Shown here: in pieces, positions 30,779 through 40,773 of the stretch
How the letters are laid out: each line of letters opens with the position of its first letter
How positions within the stretch are numbered: the first letter of the stretch is position 1
DNA from: Candidatus Magasanikiibacteriota bacterium
GTDB lineage: Bacteria; Patescibacteriota; Patescibacteriia; Magasanikbacterales; UBA922
Assembly (NCBI GenBank): GCA_043809645.1
Contig: JBDROX010000044.1
Span: 767 to 64,766, forward strand
Length of the DNA stretch: 64,000 bases
Direction of reading: 5' to 3'
Made by a program: the position numbers and the translations under genes
Notes under the pieces: model-generated
Database searches by the model: none
The model's input: the letters and a program-made list of their open reading frames with translations, nothing else
Told to the model about the DNA's origin: nothing

Positions 30779-31690
30779 ATGCAAAAGGATGGTACCGAAA
30801 AAAAATTGAATGGATTCAAAAAGTATAAGGATCCGACAGGTGAGTTTACCAATGCCCAGCTCAGTACGAGTACGTGGTTTGTAAAGAATCGTGAACTACT
30901 CAAACGCATTGGTCTTGGAATTATCATTGCGTGGTGCACAGTGACTGTTGTGTACAGTATGATTCTGTGGGGAAAGTATTTTATTTTTGACTACCAGAAA
31001 GATCAGGCACTCTACAGGAGCCAGGTTCTTGGGTTTACCAACTATGAATCTATCCATGCGCTCTATGAGGCAGTGCCAATAGAGACACTGAGGCCACAGG
31101 TTTTTGAAGCAGCGCCTGGAAAGTACGACTTCGTAACCGATGTCATAAATAGTAATGAACGGTGGGTGGCCAAGATCACGTACAAGCATGTTCACTCTAG
31201 AGGAGAAACTCAACCAGAGGAAACTATTCTTCTTCCTCTCACACGGAGGCCGGTAGTGAGCTTCGGAGCTTCTGTTGATGGGACTCCATCTGGGGCACAG
31301 CTCCTCATCCTTGATACTACATGGTTCAAGATAAATGCACATGTAGTCCCTGCTGTTGGTCCATATATGGCAGAGAGACTCGACTTCTTTACTGAGTTCA
31401 TTGGATTCTTTCCAGCACGAGCAAGTGAGGGGTCGAGCTCTCATGGTATTGATCTTGACCTCATAAATGAAACTGCGTATAGTTACTGGCAGCCACAGTT
31501 TTATATTGAACTTTTCAATAATCAGCGTCGTGTTGGCGTCCTTCCTCTCATTATAGAGCAGTTCCGTGCAGGTGATGAGTTGGGGTTAGGGCTCCGATCT
31601 TTGGCGCCTGATCTGTCAGTAAGTGAGATCGCAGTGCACCCTATCATCAATGTGTTCGATAGTAGTGAATTCATGGATCCTGGATCCTAA
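30779..31690 (+). CDS. Membrane-anchored hypothetical protein
   Basis: Start MQKDG, one TM helix, upstream of rodA. Confidence 0.7.
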   Translation: MQKDGTEKKLNGFKKYKDPTGEFTNAQLSTSTWFVKNRELLKRIGLGIIIAWCTVTVVYSMILWGKYFIFDYQKDQALYRSQVLGFTNYESIHALYEAVPIETLRPQVFEAAPGKYDFVTDVINSNERWVAKITYKHVHSRGETQPEETILLPLTRRPVVSFGASVDGTPSGAQLLILDTTWFKINAHVVPAVGPYMAERLDFFTEFIGFFPARASEGSSSHGIDLDLINETAYSYWQPQFYIELFNNQRRVGVLPLIIEQFRAGDELGLGLRSLAPDLSVSEIAVHPIINVFDSSEFMDPGS

Positions 31691-31694
31691 GTCT

Positions 31695-32822
31695 ATGCTT
31701 GCTTTTTCTAGAAAATTTGAATTTCTAAGAAACTTCGATTGGCTTCCACCGATCGTTGTTTTTGTATTGAGCAGTATCGGGCTTGCTGCGATTTATAGTG
31801 TGGATTTGTCTCGCTCTGATCAGCTCACATTCTTTCCAACACAGTTCGTAGCACTCATCCTTGGGATCATCGTCATGACTGTAGCATCTTTTCTTCATGT
31901 ATCTTTTTATAGAATCTACGCACGTTTTTTTTACATCGGGGCTGTTCTACTCCTCATCGGAGTTTTGTTCTTTGGTGTTACAGTTCGTGGAACGACAGGG
32001 TGGTTTCGCTTTTCAACATTTTTTTCCTTTCAGCCGGCAGAGTTTGCAAAGATCGGTCTGATTCTTATTCTTGCATGGCTCATTTCTCGCTTTGGAAGGC
32101 GTTTTGATAAATGGCAGTTCATTGTTTCTACTGGTTTGGCAACATTTATTCCAGTAGGGTTCATCATGCTTCAGCCAGATTTCGGATCAGCTCTCATCCT
32201 AGTGGCTATCTGGCTAGGAATGCTTTTTCTGACGAAGACCAAGAAAAGATATGTTGCTGCGATTCTTGCCATGGGTGTTGGAGCATTTCTTATTGGTTGG
32301 TTTTTTCTTTTTGCTCCATATCAGAAAGATCGTATTCTGACATTCATGGATCCTGCTCGAGATCCGCTGGGGAGTGGATACAATGTTACGCAGTCTGTTA
32401 TTGCTATTGGAGCAGGGAACCTCTTTGGTCGTGGTCTTGGATTTGGTTCTCAGAGTCAGCTCCATTTTCTTCCAGAAACACAAACAGATTTCATCTTTGC
32501 TGTCATTGCAGAGGAGCTTGGCTTCGTTGCTGTGTGTGTCGTTTTGTCACTTTACCTACTTCTCTTCTGGAGACTTCTCTCCCTTGCCAAGAAAGCGCCG
32601 GATGATTTTAGTGCGTACTGTCTTGTTGGTGCAGTGCTGCTTTTCTTTTCTCAGATGGTGCTGAACATCGGTGCTGCTGCAGGTGTTCTGCCAGTTACAG
32701 GTATTACACTTCCATTTTTGAGTTACGGGGGGTCATCGCTCATTATCAATTTTTTTGTTATTGGTCTAGTACAAAGTGTGGCTAGGAGTACGCGAGAGAA
32801 AACATCATTTATGGTATCTTGA
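31695..32822 (+). CDS. rodA: Rod-shape-determining SEDS protein
   Basis: FQPAEFAK, QPDFGSA, DPLGSGYN, LPETQTDFIF, LPFLSYGGSS. Confidence 0.92.
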   Translation: MLAFSRKFEFLRNFDWLPPIVVFVLSSIGLAAIYSVDLSRSDQLTFFPTQFVALILGIIVMTVASFLHVSFYRIYARFFYIGAVLLLIGVLFFGVTVRGTTGWFRFSTFFSFQPAEFAKIGLILILAWLISRFGRRFDKWQFIVSTGLATFIPVGFIMLQPDFGSALILVAIWLGMLFLTKTKKRYVAAILAMGVGAFLIGWFFLFAPYQKDRILTFMDPARDPLGSGYNVTQSVIAIGAGNLFGRGLGFGSQSQLHFLPETQTDFIFAVIAEELGFVAVCVVLSLYLLLFWRLLSLAKKAPDDFSAYCLVGAVLLFFSQMVLNIGAAAGVLPVTGITLPFLSYGGSSLIINFFVIGLVQSVARSTREKTSFMVS

Positions 32823-32864
32823 CACTGTGATATACTTGTGGTACACTCTTCACGCCTTAGTTTT

Positions 32865-33230
32865 ATGGAATTTTCGCAAAAAAAACATTCTAGGCAGGAA
32901 ATTCCTGATGATCTTTTTCTTATCAGGCAGTGTCCGGGCTGCAAGCAGGATTTTGAGAAAAAGTATGTTAGAGTGTTGAGCCAACGCAGTGATGCGCATC
33001 TGATCCATATTACATGTCAGCATTGCCAGCAGGCTGTCATTGCACTGGTTATGCTCTCTCCTGTTGGGCTGGGCTCTGTGGGGATAGCCACAGACCTGAA
33101 GGCAGGTGAGGCACTTCGGTTTCATGATCGATCTCATTTTGTTCAGGATGATGTGCTCAGTTTTCACTCGTTCCTACAAAAAGATGATCTCGTAGAACGT
33201 CATTTCTCACATAGATATATCAGTGCGTAG
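32865..33230 (+). CDS. Zn-ribbon hypothetical protein
   Basis: CPGC...CQHC. Confidence 0.7.
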   Translation: MEFSQKKHSRQEIPDDLFLIRQCPGCKQDFEKKYVRVLSQRSDAHLIHITCQHCQQAVIALVMLSPVGLGSVGIATDLKAGEALRFHDRSHFVQDDVLSFHSFLQKDDLVERHFSHRYISA

Positions 33231-33271
33231 CAGTTATGTTACTCAGTGATTTATCTATAGAGTCAAATACT

Positions 33272-33967
33272 ATGACATTTATATTGCAAACAACCAAAAG
33301 AACAAACGAGGATGTGACTGATATGCGAGCAGAAGGTAAGCTCCCTGCTGTGGTCTATGGACCAGAGATGGAAGCTGTCTCTCTCAGCGTGAACACAATT
33401 CCTTTTGAAAAACTGTACTCAGAAGCTGGAGAGTCGAGTCTTGTCGACCTCGTCGTGGATGGTGGAGAACCTGTCAAAGTTCTCATCCAGGAGGTTCAGT
33501 ACGATCCAGTCAAACGAAATTCAATTCATGTTGATTTCAGACAGATCAGGATGGGTGTTGAAATGACAGCAACTGTTGAACTCAAATTCGTTGGAGAGAG
33601 TGCTGCAGTCAAGGCGCTCGGTGGAACACTCAACACATCAACGCACAGTGTGACTGTTCGGTGTCTGCCAAAGGATCTCGTTGGATCCATTATTGTTGAT
33701 CTTTCTGTACTCAAGACATTTGATGATGCTATCGCTATCTCTGACCTCAAACTTCCAGAGGGTGTCACAGTAGATGATAATGAAACAAATTTGGTCGTCA
33801 AGGTTACAGCTCCACTTACCGAAGATCAGCTCAAGGCTATGGACGAGGCTGAGGCTCCAAGTATTGAGGACGTTGTGGTTGAGGGTGAAAAGAAAGAGGG
33901 GGATGAGGGTGAAAAGAAAGAGGGGGATGAGGGGGATGAGGGTGAAAAGAAAGAGGGTATCAAATAA
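33272..33967 (+). CDS. rplY: 50S ribosomal protein L25/CTC
   Basis: LPAVVYG, IQEVQYDPV, HVDF; acidic repeated tail. Confidence 0.93.
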   Translation: MTFILQTTKRTNEDVTDMRAEGKLPAVVYGPEMEAVSLSVNTIPFEKLYSEAGESSLVDLVVDGGEPVKVLIQEVQYDPVKRNSIHVDFRQIRMGVEMTATVELKFVGESAAVKALGGTLNTSTHSVTVRCLPKDLVGSIIVDLSVLKTFDDAIAISDLKLPEGVTVDDNETNLVVKVTAPLTEDQLKAMDEAEAPSIEDVVVEGEKKEGDEGEKKEGDEGDEGEKKEGIK

Positions 33968-34052
33968 ACATAAACTCAAAAAAACCGATGCTTTTCCTAG
34001 TGTCGGTTTTTTGATAGAATGAAGAAGTAATTGTAGTTGATAACATTATGTT

Positions 34053-35186
34053 ATGAAAAAAGAACACAAAAAGAAGATTCGAGAGCTACTTGAAAAACAG
34101 CTCAATGACACAAGACTTATTTATCTGCTTGCAATCATCGTGTGTGGTGTGGCTATTGGTCTACTCATTTGGTTCGGTGTACGAGCGATGTCATCGAGTG
34201 TAGTCCGATTTGAGCAAGATTTCACTGAGGAGGGTGGAGAGGTAGAAGAGGAAGAAAAGTCCAGGTGTGAATTCGAGCGTCATATTGATGGAGTGTGTGT
34301 GGATGGGGAAGAAGAGGTAAGTCCTCGAATTGTTGGTATCATGATCGAGAATCATGTTGACTCCAGACCTCAGGCAGGCCTCGCAGACGCAAGGGTGGTG
34401 TACGAAGCGCCTGTAGAAGCCAACTACTCACGATTCTTCGCACTCTATACTTCTGATCAAGAAGTAGAAAAAATTGGACCAGTTAGAAGTTCTAGGCATT
34501 ATTATCTTGACTGGCTGAGAGAGTACCGTGATGTTCTCTACATGCATGTTGGTGGATCACCACTTGCCCTCCATAGAATTCGAACATCACAGATTTTGAG
34601 CATCAATGAAATGGGGAAGGGTTGGTATTTCTGGAGAAGTAAGGATCGGTACGCACCACACAATACATATACTTCGAGTAAGCTCTGGGGAGAAGCATAC
34701 GATGATTATTGGAAAGAGAACTTTCATAATTCATTCGACCCTTGGAAATTTTCTGACAATGCTGGATGTGAGGAAAGCTGCGTGGAACAGGTTAGAATTT
34801 CCTTCCTTCCGCCAAGTTATGAGGCTGTCTGGAAATATAATGCAGAGGAACGATATTTTGAGCGATATCAGGATGGAAGAAAACACAAGGATCAGGAGGA
34901 CGGGGATGAGATTATTGCAAACACGCTTATTATTCAAAAAGTGAAGACAATAGTGCTCGATGAGATTGGAAGACTAGATATGGAAACTATTGGATCTGGA
35001 AAGGCAGTTTTTTTCATCAATGGAAATGAGACAGAAGGGATATGGGAGAAGAAAGATCAGTGGGGAAGGACAAAATGGTTTGATGAGGTCGGGGATGAGA
35101 TGGAATTGAATGCTGGGAAAATTTGGATAGAGGTCTTGAATGATAGGGCTTCGTATGAAGTAACGAAAGAAAAGATTGAAGAATAA
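34053..35186 (+). CDS. DUF3048-family protein
   Basis: MIENH..SRPQAGL, IGPVRSSR, HVGGS, APHNTY. Confidence 0.85.
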   Translation: MKKEHKKKIRELLEKQLNDTRLIYLLAIIVCGVAIGLLIWFGVRAMSSSVVRFEQDFTEEGGEVEEEEKSRCEFERHIDGVCVDGEEEVSPRIVGIMIENHVDSRPQAGLADARVVYEAPVEANYSRFFALYTSDQEVEKIGPVRSSRHYYLDWLREYRDVLYMHVGGSPLALHRIRTSQILSINEMGKGWYFWRSKDRYAPHNTYTSSKLWGEAYDDYWKENFHNSFDPWKFSDNAGCEESCVEQVRISFLPPSYEAVWKYNAEERYFERYQDGRKHKDQEDGDEIIANTLIIQKVKTIVLDEIGRLDMETIGSGKAVFFINGNETEGIWEKKDQWGRTKWFDEVGDEMELNAGKIWIEVLNDRASYEVTKEKIEE

Positions 35187-35257
35187 ATATTAGAATAAAA
35201 AAATACCAGCATATGCTGGTATTTTTTATTCGATACTCAGAGGGTGGGGTGGTGTTG

Positions 35258-35599
35258 TTACGCAAGTCTTTCCATCTTTTCAATGGTTCGAATCGCGATT
35301 GTCCTTTTTTCACCACTCAGGTACCTCCTGAATAGTGTTATGATGGCATACTTTGACATGCCAAGGTATACATTGGCAAACCCAATGGCAAATGGCTCAA
35401 TTGTAGAGGCAACGGTGATGAAGGTTTCTGCAATCTGTACGGTTTTTCCACGCCGTATGTATGCCTCCTGGCACATCTTTGCAAGCTCGAGGGGGATAAT
35501 ACATGCTCGACGTGCTTGCAGGAGAGTACCAATGTCCTCTGGAGAATATTTTCGCATTCGGACGAGATCTATGCAGATCTCAAGTTCAAGTGTGTTCAC
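35258..35599 (-). CDS. Hypothetical protein
   Basis: 113-aa ORF with GGAGG RBS downstream of prmC. Confidence 0.4.
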   Translation of the reverse strand: MNTLELEICIDLVRMRKYSPEDIGTLLQARRACIIPLELAKMCQEAYIRRGKTVQIAETFITVASTIEPFAIGFANVYLGMSKYAIITLFRRYLSGEKRTIAIRTIEKMERLA

Positions 35600-35668
35600 A
35601 GTGTCCCTCCTGATACACCACCCTCTGAATATCCAACCGATTGGTTATATCACAGAATATTTTCTAAG

Positions 35669-36541
35669 TCAAGATGCAACGCCAATCACACGATCAAGAC
35701 CGGCAAGATCTTTTTGAATAAATGTTCTGGTGTTCGGTAGGTGGGATTTGATGATTGAGAGGAGATTATCAATCTGCTCGGGGTCACATTCTAGGAATAT
35801 TCTAAGGTGTCCAGTGTGGACTGTTTTGATTGCTTCGAGTTGGGCAAAGAATCTTCTGTAGAGTGCAAGACCATCTGAACCGCCTCCATAGAGCGCAAGG
35901 TTGGGTTCGCGCTCGATACTTTTGTCTTTCTTTTCTTCCTTTTTTAAATAGGGAAGGTTTGCAGTAATAATGAGGCACGTATGTTTACCAATAATTGGCA
36001 TAAATATGCCTGTATCAAAAAGGTCTGCGCGTAGCCATTCGATTCTAGACTCATGTTTAGTTTTATTTTTCTTTGCCACACGAAGTGCTCTCCATGAAAT
36101 ATCGCTTCCACATACATAGACATGTTTTTTTGTGTTAGTGTCCAGGCTTTTCATCACAGAGATTGGAATACAGCCTGACCCAGTAGCAATATCAATATAA
36201 AGGATATCCTCACAGCCTGTTAGCGCGTGGTCAGTGATTGTCTCTTTTGCTGCCTCGACCAAAAGCTCTGAAGCAGGGCGTGGTATGAGGACTAATGGAC
36301 TTACATTGAACGTGTTCCCATAAAAATCTTGTGTACCAGTGATGTAGGGAAAAGGGATACCGTTTTTTCTTTTTTTTACATACCAAAAAAATTGGATCAA
36401 ACGAATTAGTCCAACTCTTTTGTTTGGGTGGCTAATGGTAAACTCTCGAGTTTGCCTGAGCGCATGCGCGAGTAGGAGCTGTGCGTCGAGGGCATCAATA
36501 TCTCGAATTGCTTTTTTGAGAAGTGTGTTGATTCGAAACAT
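35669..36541 (-). CDS. prmC: Release factor glutamine methyltransferase
   Basis: VLIPRP, DIATGSGCI, ANLPY, DLAGLDR. Confidence 0.92.
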   Translation of the reverse strand: MFRINTLLKKAIRDIDALDAQLLLAHALRQTREFTISHPNKRVGLIRLIQFFWYVKKRKNGIPFPYITGTQDFYGNTFNVSPLVLIPRPASELLVEAAKETITDHALTGCEDILYIDIATGSGCIPISVMKSLDTNTKKHVYVCGSDISWRALRVAKKNKTKHESRIEWLRADLFDTGIFMPIIGKHTCLIITANLPYLKKEEKKDKSIEREPNLALYGGGSDGLALYRRFFAQLEAIKTVHTGHLRIFLECDPEQIDNLLSIIKSHLPNTRTFIQKDLAGLDRVIGVAS

Positions 36542-36550
36542 CTGAGGCTA

Positions 36551-37648
36551 TTATACTGGGTCTTCTACGGATGTCTCTTGCAGTTTTTCCTGAGAATCCT
36601 TGATATCATAATCTGCTTGTCTGAGTTTGGAGATGATGTCATCGATGTCTCCGTCAAGAATTGTACCTATACTGTTCCAACTTTCTTTGATTCGATGATC
36701 CGTAATTCTGTCTTGCGAATAATTGTATGTACGGATTTTTTCACTCCTGTCACCAGACCCGATTTGACTTCTTCTTTTCTCAGAAAGTTCTGCCATCTTT
36801 TTTTCCTGCTCTGCCTCGTAGAGTCGTGCGCGTAATACATTTAATGCTTTAATTTTGTTTTGCAACTGAGACTTTTCATCCTGACACTGAGCCATGACGC
36901 CAGTCGGAATATGTGTAACACGAACAGCACTATACGTCGTGTTTACACTCTGGCCACCGTTTCCGCCTGCACAGAACGTGTCAATACGAAGGTCTTCATT
37001 CTTGAGTTCAAATTCAGCTTCTTCAATTTCAGGAAGGACGGCGACACTTGCAGTAGATGTATGGATTCTTCCGGACTTTTCTGTTTCTGGAATACGTTGG
37101 ACCCGGTGTACGCCCATCTCATACTTCATATCTTTGTACACTTCTTTTCCTTCAATAACAAAGATAACTTCCTTGTATCCACCAATACCAATTTGACTTT
37201 CGCTCATAAGGACTGTTTTCCATCCTCGTCCTTCTGCGTATTTCATATACATACGCATGAGTACTCCAGCAAAGAGGGCAGCCTCGTCTCCGCCTGCACC
37301 AGCTCGAATTTCGACAATGGCATTTTTCTTGTCCATTGGATCGGTTGGTCTGGTGAGGAGTGCGATTTCTTCTTCTAGTGTCTGCTTTTTTTCTTTGAGT
37401 TCGAGCAGTTCTGCTTCTGCCATTGATTTCATATCTGCATCTGTCTCACTACTGACAATTGCATCTGTTTCGCCAATACTTTTCTCTGTGCCGAGAAGTA
37501 TTTCAATTTTCTCTACCACTGGTTTGAGATCATTATATTCCTGTGACACACTCTTCATTTTTTTCTGGTCACCAATAACTGCAGGGTCTGAGAGGTCTTG
37601 CTCGAGTTTCTTATACGTTGTGATGTAGGAATTAAATTTGCTATTCAT
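36551..37648 (-). CDS. prfA: Peptide chain release factor 1
   Basis: [35 protein letters not shown]. Confidence 0.96.
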   Translation of the reverse strand: MNSKFNSYITTYKKLEQDLSDPAVIGDQKKMKSVSQEYNDLKPVVEKIEILLGTEKSIGETDAIVSSETDADMKSMAEAELLELKEKKQTLEEEIALLTRPTDPMDKKNAIVEIRAGAGGDEAALFAGVLMRMYMKYAEGRGWKTVLMSESQIGIGGYKEVIFVIEGKEVYKDMKYEMGVHRVQRIPETEKSGRIHTSTASVAVLPEIEEAEFELKNEDLRIDTFCAGGNGGQSVNTTYSAVRVTHIPTGVMAQCQDEKSQLQNKIKALNVLRARLYEAEQEKKMAELSEKRRSQIGSGDRSEKIRTYNYSQDRITDHRIKESWNSIGTILDGDIDDIISKLRQADYDIKDSQEKLQETSVEDPV

Positions 37649-37723
37649 AGAAAAATAATTATGTGGATAGTATAGCAGTAAACAAAAACAGACCAAAGAA
37701 TGGTCTGTTTTTAATACGCAGTG

Positions 37724-38029
37724 CTATTTTGATGTTTCCTTTTTTCCCTTTTTTGTTTCGTCCTTGTCGCTCTTTACTTTTGCTGCTTTTTTGGCTTTTT
37801 TGCCCTTTCTTGACTGAGCCGCAGCTTTGACCCTTTCCATCTTTTCTTGGAATTTTTCAACACGTCTAGCAGTATCTACGAACTTTTGTTTTCCAGTATA
37901 AAATGGGTGGCATTCACTACAAAGCTCAACACGAATCTCTGGCTTTGTAGAGCCAACCTTAAACTCATTACCACATGCGCAGGCAATAATGGCTTCTTCA
38001 TTATATGTTGGGTGAATATCTTTCTTCAT
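37724..38029 (-). CDS. rpmE: 50S ribosomal protein L31
   Basis: MKKDIHP, CACG, CHPFYTG. Confidence 0.96.
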   Translation of the reverse strand: MKKDIHPTYNEEAIIACACGNEFKVGSTKPEIRVELCSECHPFYTGKQKFVDTARRVEKFQEKMERVKAAAQSRKGKKAKKAAKVKSDKDETKKGKKETSK

Positions 38030-38194
38030 ATCAAATATCTAAATTGTTTGAAATCGAGTGGAGTATATCAGCTCTTTGCCAAGATGTCAAGAGTATTGAC
38101 GTAAAAGTGCCTATGTGGTACACTCTCTATGCTAAAAATATAGGGAAATTGCGGTTTTCGCGAACCTATTCTATACTACCTCTATCTATTTGAT

Positions 38195-38410
38195 ATGACA
38201 TACGTACTAACAATCATTGAAATGATTCTGGGCATGTTGCTCATTATTTCTATTCTTCTACAGCAAAAGGGTGCTGGGCTCGGAGCTACCTTCGGTGGAG
38301 GAGGTGGAGTGGCAAGTACACGACGTGGGTCTGATCTCTTTCTTTTCCGTGCATCTATTGTACTTTCTATCCTCTTCTTTGGCGTAGGATTCGTTCTTCT
38401 TCTCGTCTAA
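38195..38410 (+). CDS. secG: Preprotein translocase SecG
   Basis: ILLQQKGAGLGATFGG..TRRG, two TM helices. Confidence 0.9.
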   Translation: MTYVLTIIEMILGMLLIISILLQQKGAGLGATFGGGGGVASTRRGSDLFLFRASIVLSILFFGVGFVLLLV

Positions 38411-38450
38411 TTCATTTCTGACGAAGTATATTGTGTGATACCGACTTCTT

Positions 38451-40508
38451 TTGGGTATTGCCACCATCTTTGTGAAACCATCTCTTCAATACATAAAAAA
38501 ATTGTTTCAAAAGCGAAAAAAAGGTCCGCTCGCTTCTTTGCATCATGATGTATCTCTGGTGAAGCGGGTGCATGGGAGAAGACTTCCAAAGATAAAGCAG
38601 TTTCGACAACTCAAGAGAATTTTGTCAAAAAAGGAACGGCTTATCTTTCGAGTAAGTTTTCTCATTCTCCTCAGTGGTCTTGTCTGGGGAGGACTCACAT
38701 TGCTGGGAAATTTTCGAACACCTGTTCCGGCAGTAGGTGGAAGATACGTAGAGGCTGTTGTAGGTTCACCACAGTTTATCAATCCAATTTTTTCTTCTGT
38801 CAATGATGTTGACACAGATATTGTGAGGCTCGTGTACTCTGGGCTCATGCGATTTGATGAACATCAGGATCTCATTCCAGACCTCGCAGAGTCATATGAA
38901 ATTAGTGAGGATAAAAAAACATACACCTTCAAGCTCCGCTCAGACGCTACGTGGCACGATGGAGAACCATTTACCTCTAGAGATGTTGTATTCACCATGG
39001 ATACGATTCAGAATACCCAGGTGGGGAGTCCATTATTTGTCAGCTTTCAGGGAGTGCGTGTAGAAGCACAAGACGAACAAACTGTGGTGTTCACACTCGA
39101 AGAACCGTTTGCACCATTTTTGTCATCACTCACTGTTGGAATGCTGCCAGAGCACATTTGGTTCGATGTGCTTCCAGATCGTTTACGACTTGCGCAGAAG
39201 AATCTTCAGCCGATAGGAACAGGGCCATTTAAATACAGTAAGTTCAAGAAAGACGATACTGGATATATTCTCAGCTACGAATTGGAGAGATTTGAGAATT
39301 ATTATCGTGCACCTGCTTTTATAGAAGAGTTTGTTTTCAAATTTTTTACAGATTATGACGATATTGGTGGGGCTATCCAGGCACTCCGAGAAGGTGCAGT
39401 AGATGGTATTCATTTCGTTCCGTCTGATCTCAGAGAAAAGGTAGAGCGAAAGCATGTCATGTTGCATACTCTTCAAGTTCCTGAATACAGTGCACTTTTT
39501 TATAACCAAGAAAAAGATGAGGTGCTCAAAGAGGGCGGTCTTCGAACAGCACTTGGGTATGCACTCGATAAGGATCGCATTCTTCGAGAGAGTCTTGGTG
39601 GAGAAGGTGAGGTTATCTATAGTCCAATCCTTCCAGGATTTCCTGGATATACTCCAGAGATAGAGAAGACATCATACAGCACAGTCCAGGCAAATGAATT
39701 GCTTGATAAGTCGTGGGAGCGTATTGACGCAGAGGAAGTGAAGAAGAAACTTCGAGATAGACTTATTCAAGAATGGAAAGAAAATAATCCTACTCCGGCT
39801 CCTGTAGAAGGTGCTGAGGAGGGAAGTGTAGATGAAACAGTAGCAGAAGGTGAAGCGTCTACTGAAACAGTAGAAGAGGCTGTCACAGAAGAGGTAGAAC
39901 TCTCAGAGGAAACAAACAAAGATATTGAAGCCCAGGTCGCGGCTATGTATCATGAGGCACAAGTTTTCTATAGAAAGAACGGAGAGGATGGTATTCTCGA
40001 GTTAGACTTGGTCACCAGTGATACGCCTGAATACAAGCATGCAGCAGAACTCATCGCAGGATTCTGGCAGGAGGTAGGGGTCAAGACAAATGTTCGTTTC
40101 GTTCCTAGAAGAGACTTCTCTCGAGAGGTTCTCAAGGAGCGTTCTTATGATGTTCTTCTCTACGGAATGATAATTGGAAGTTCTCCAGATCAGTATCCAT
40201 TCTGGCACTCTTCGCAGATTGATTTTCCAGGTTTGAACCTTGCGCGATATGTGAATAGGAACGTTGATGCACTCCTAGAAAAAGCTCGGGAAAAAGCTGG
40301 AGATGATGAAGAGATAGAGCTCTACAAGAAATTTCAAGATATTGTTCTCGAGGAGAAACCAGCGACGTTCCTCTATACTCCGACATATTCATATGTAACG
40401 ACTGACAAGGTGAGTGGTATTGATATCGGTCGTATCTTTCACCCATCGGACAGATATGCGCAGGTGACAGATTGGTATATTGAGACAAAGGGGGAGTGGA
40501 AAAAGTAA
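38451..40508 (+). CDS. ABC transporter peptide-binding protein (family 5)
   Basis: PDLAESYEIS, WHDGEPFTSRDVVFT, PIGTGPF. Confidence 0.88.
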   Translation: MGIATIFVKPSLQYIKKLFQKRKKGPLASLHHDVSLVKRVHGRRLPKIKQFRQLKRILSKKERLIFRVSFLILLSGLVWGGLTLLGNFRTPVPAVGGRYVEAVVGSPQFINPIFSSVNDVDTDIVRLVYSGLMRFDEHQDLIPDLAESYEISEDKKTYTFKLRSDATWHDGEPFTSRDVVFTMDTIQNTQVGSPLFVSFQGVRVEAQDEQTVVFTLEEPFAPFLSSLTVGMLPEHIWFDVLPDRLRLAQKNLQPIGTGPFKYSKFKKDDTGYILSYELERFENYYRAPAFIEEFVFKFFTDYDDIGGAIQALREGAVDGIHFVPSDLREKVERKHVMLHTLQVPEYSALFYNQEKDEVLKEGGLRTALGYALDKDRILRESLGGEGEVIYSPILPGFPGYTPEIEKTSYSTVQANELLDKSWERIDAEEVKKKLRDRLIQEWKENNPTPAPVEGAEEGSVDETVAEGEASTETVEEAVTEEVELSEETNKDIEAQVAAMYHEAQVFYRKNGEDGILELDLVTSDTPEYKHAAELIAGFWQEVGVKTNVRFVPRRDFSREVLKERSYDVLLYGMIIGSSPDQYPFWHSSQIDFPGLNLARYVNRNVDALLEKAREKAGDDEEIELYKKFQDIVLEEKPATFLYTPTYSYVTTDKVSGIDIGRIFHPSDRYAQVTDWYIETKGEWKK

Positions 40509-40610
40509 ATAGTGTGTTTTGTGTCTGTCTCAATCTGGAGTGGTGAAATTGGTAGACCCGCCTTCATTGCGTTTCGGCGGGTAGGCACGCATTACAAATA
40601 TCTAAAACAA

Positions 40611-40693
40611 GCCGAAGTGGTGGAACGGTAGACACGCATGCTTCAGGGGCATGTGAGCGCAAGCTCGTGGAGGTTCAAATCCTCTCTTCGGCA
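40611..40693 (+). tRNA. tRNA-Leu(CAG)
   Basis: GCCGAAG/CTTCGGC acceptor stem, anticodon arm CATGC-TTCAGGG-GCATG, long variable arm, GGTTCAAATCC. Confidence 0.95.
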
Positions 40694-40773
40694 CATTTTT
40701 CTCACAAGAAAAAAGGAGGTTTTTATTCAAGCCTGATGATCATCTACACACATCAGGTATTCTCTAATTATTT

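Noticed and set aside
33881-33957. 24-bp tandem repeat in rplY
   Set aside because: Encodes an ordinary low-complexity acidic tail (EGEKKEGD) typical of L25/CTC.
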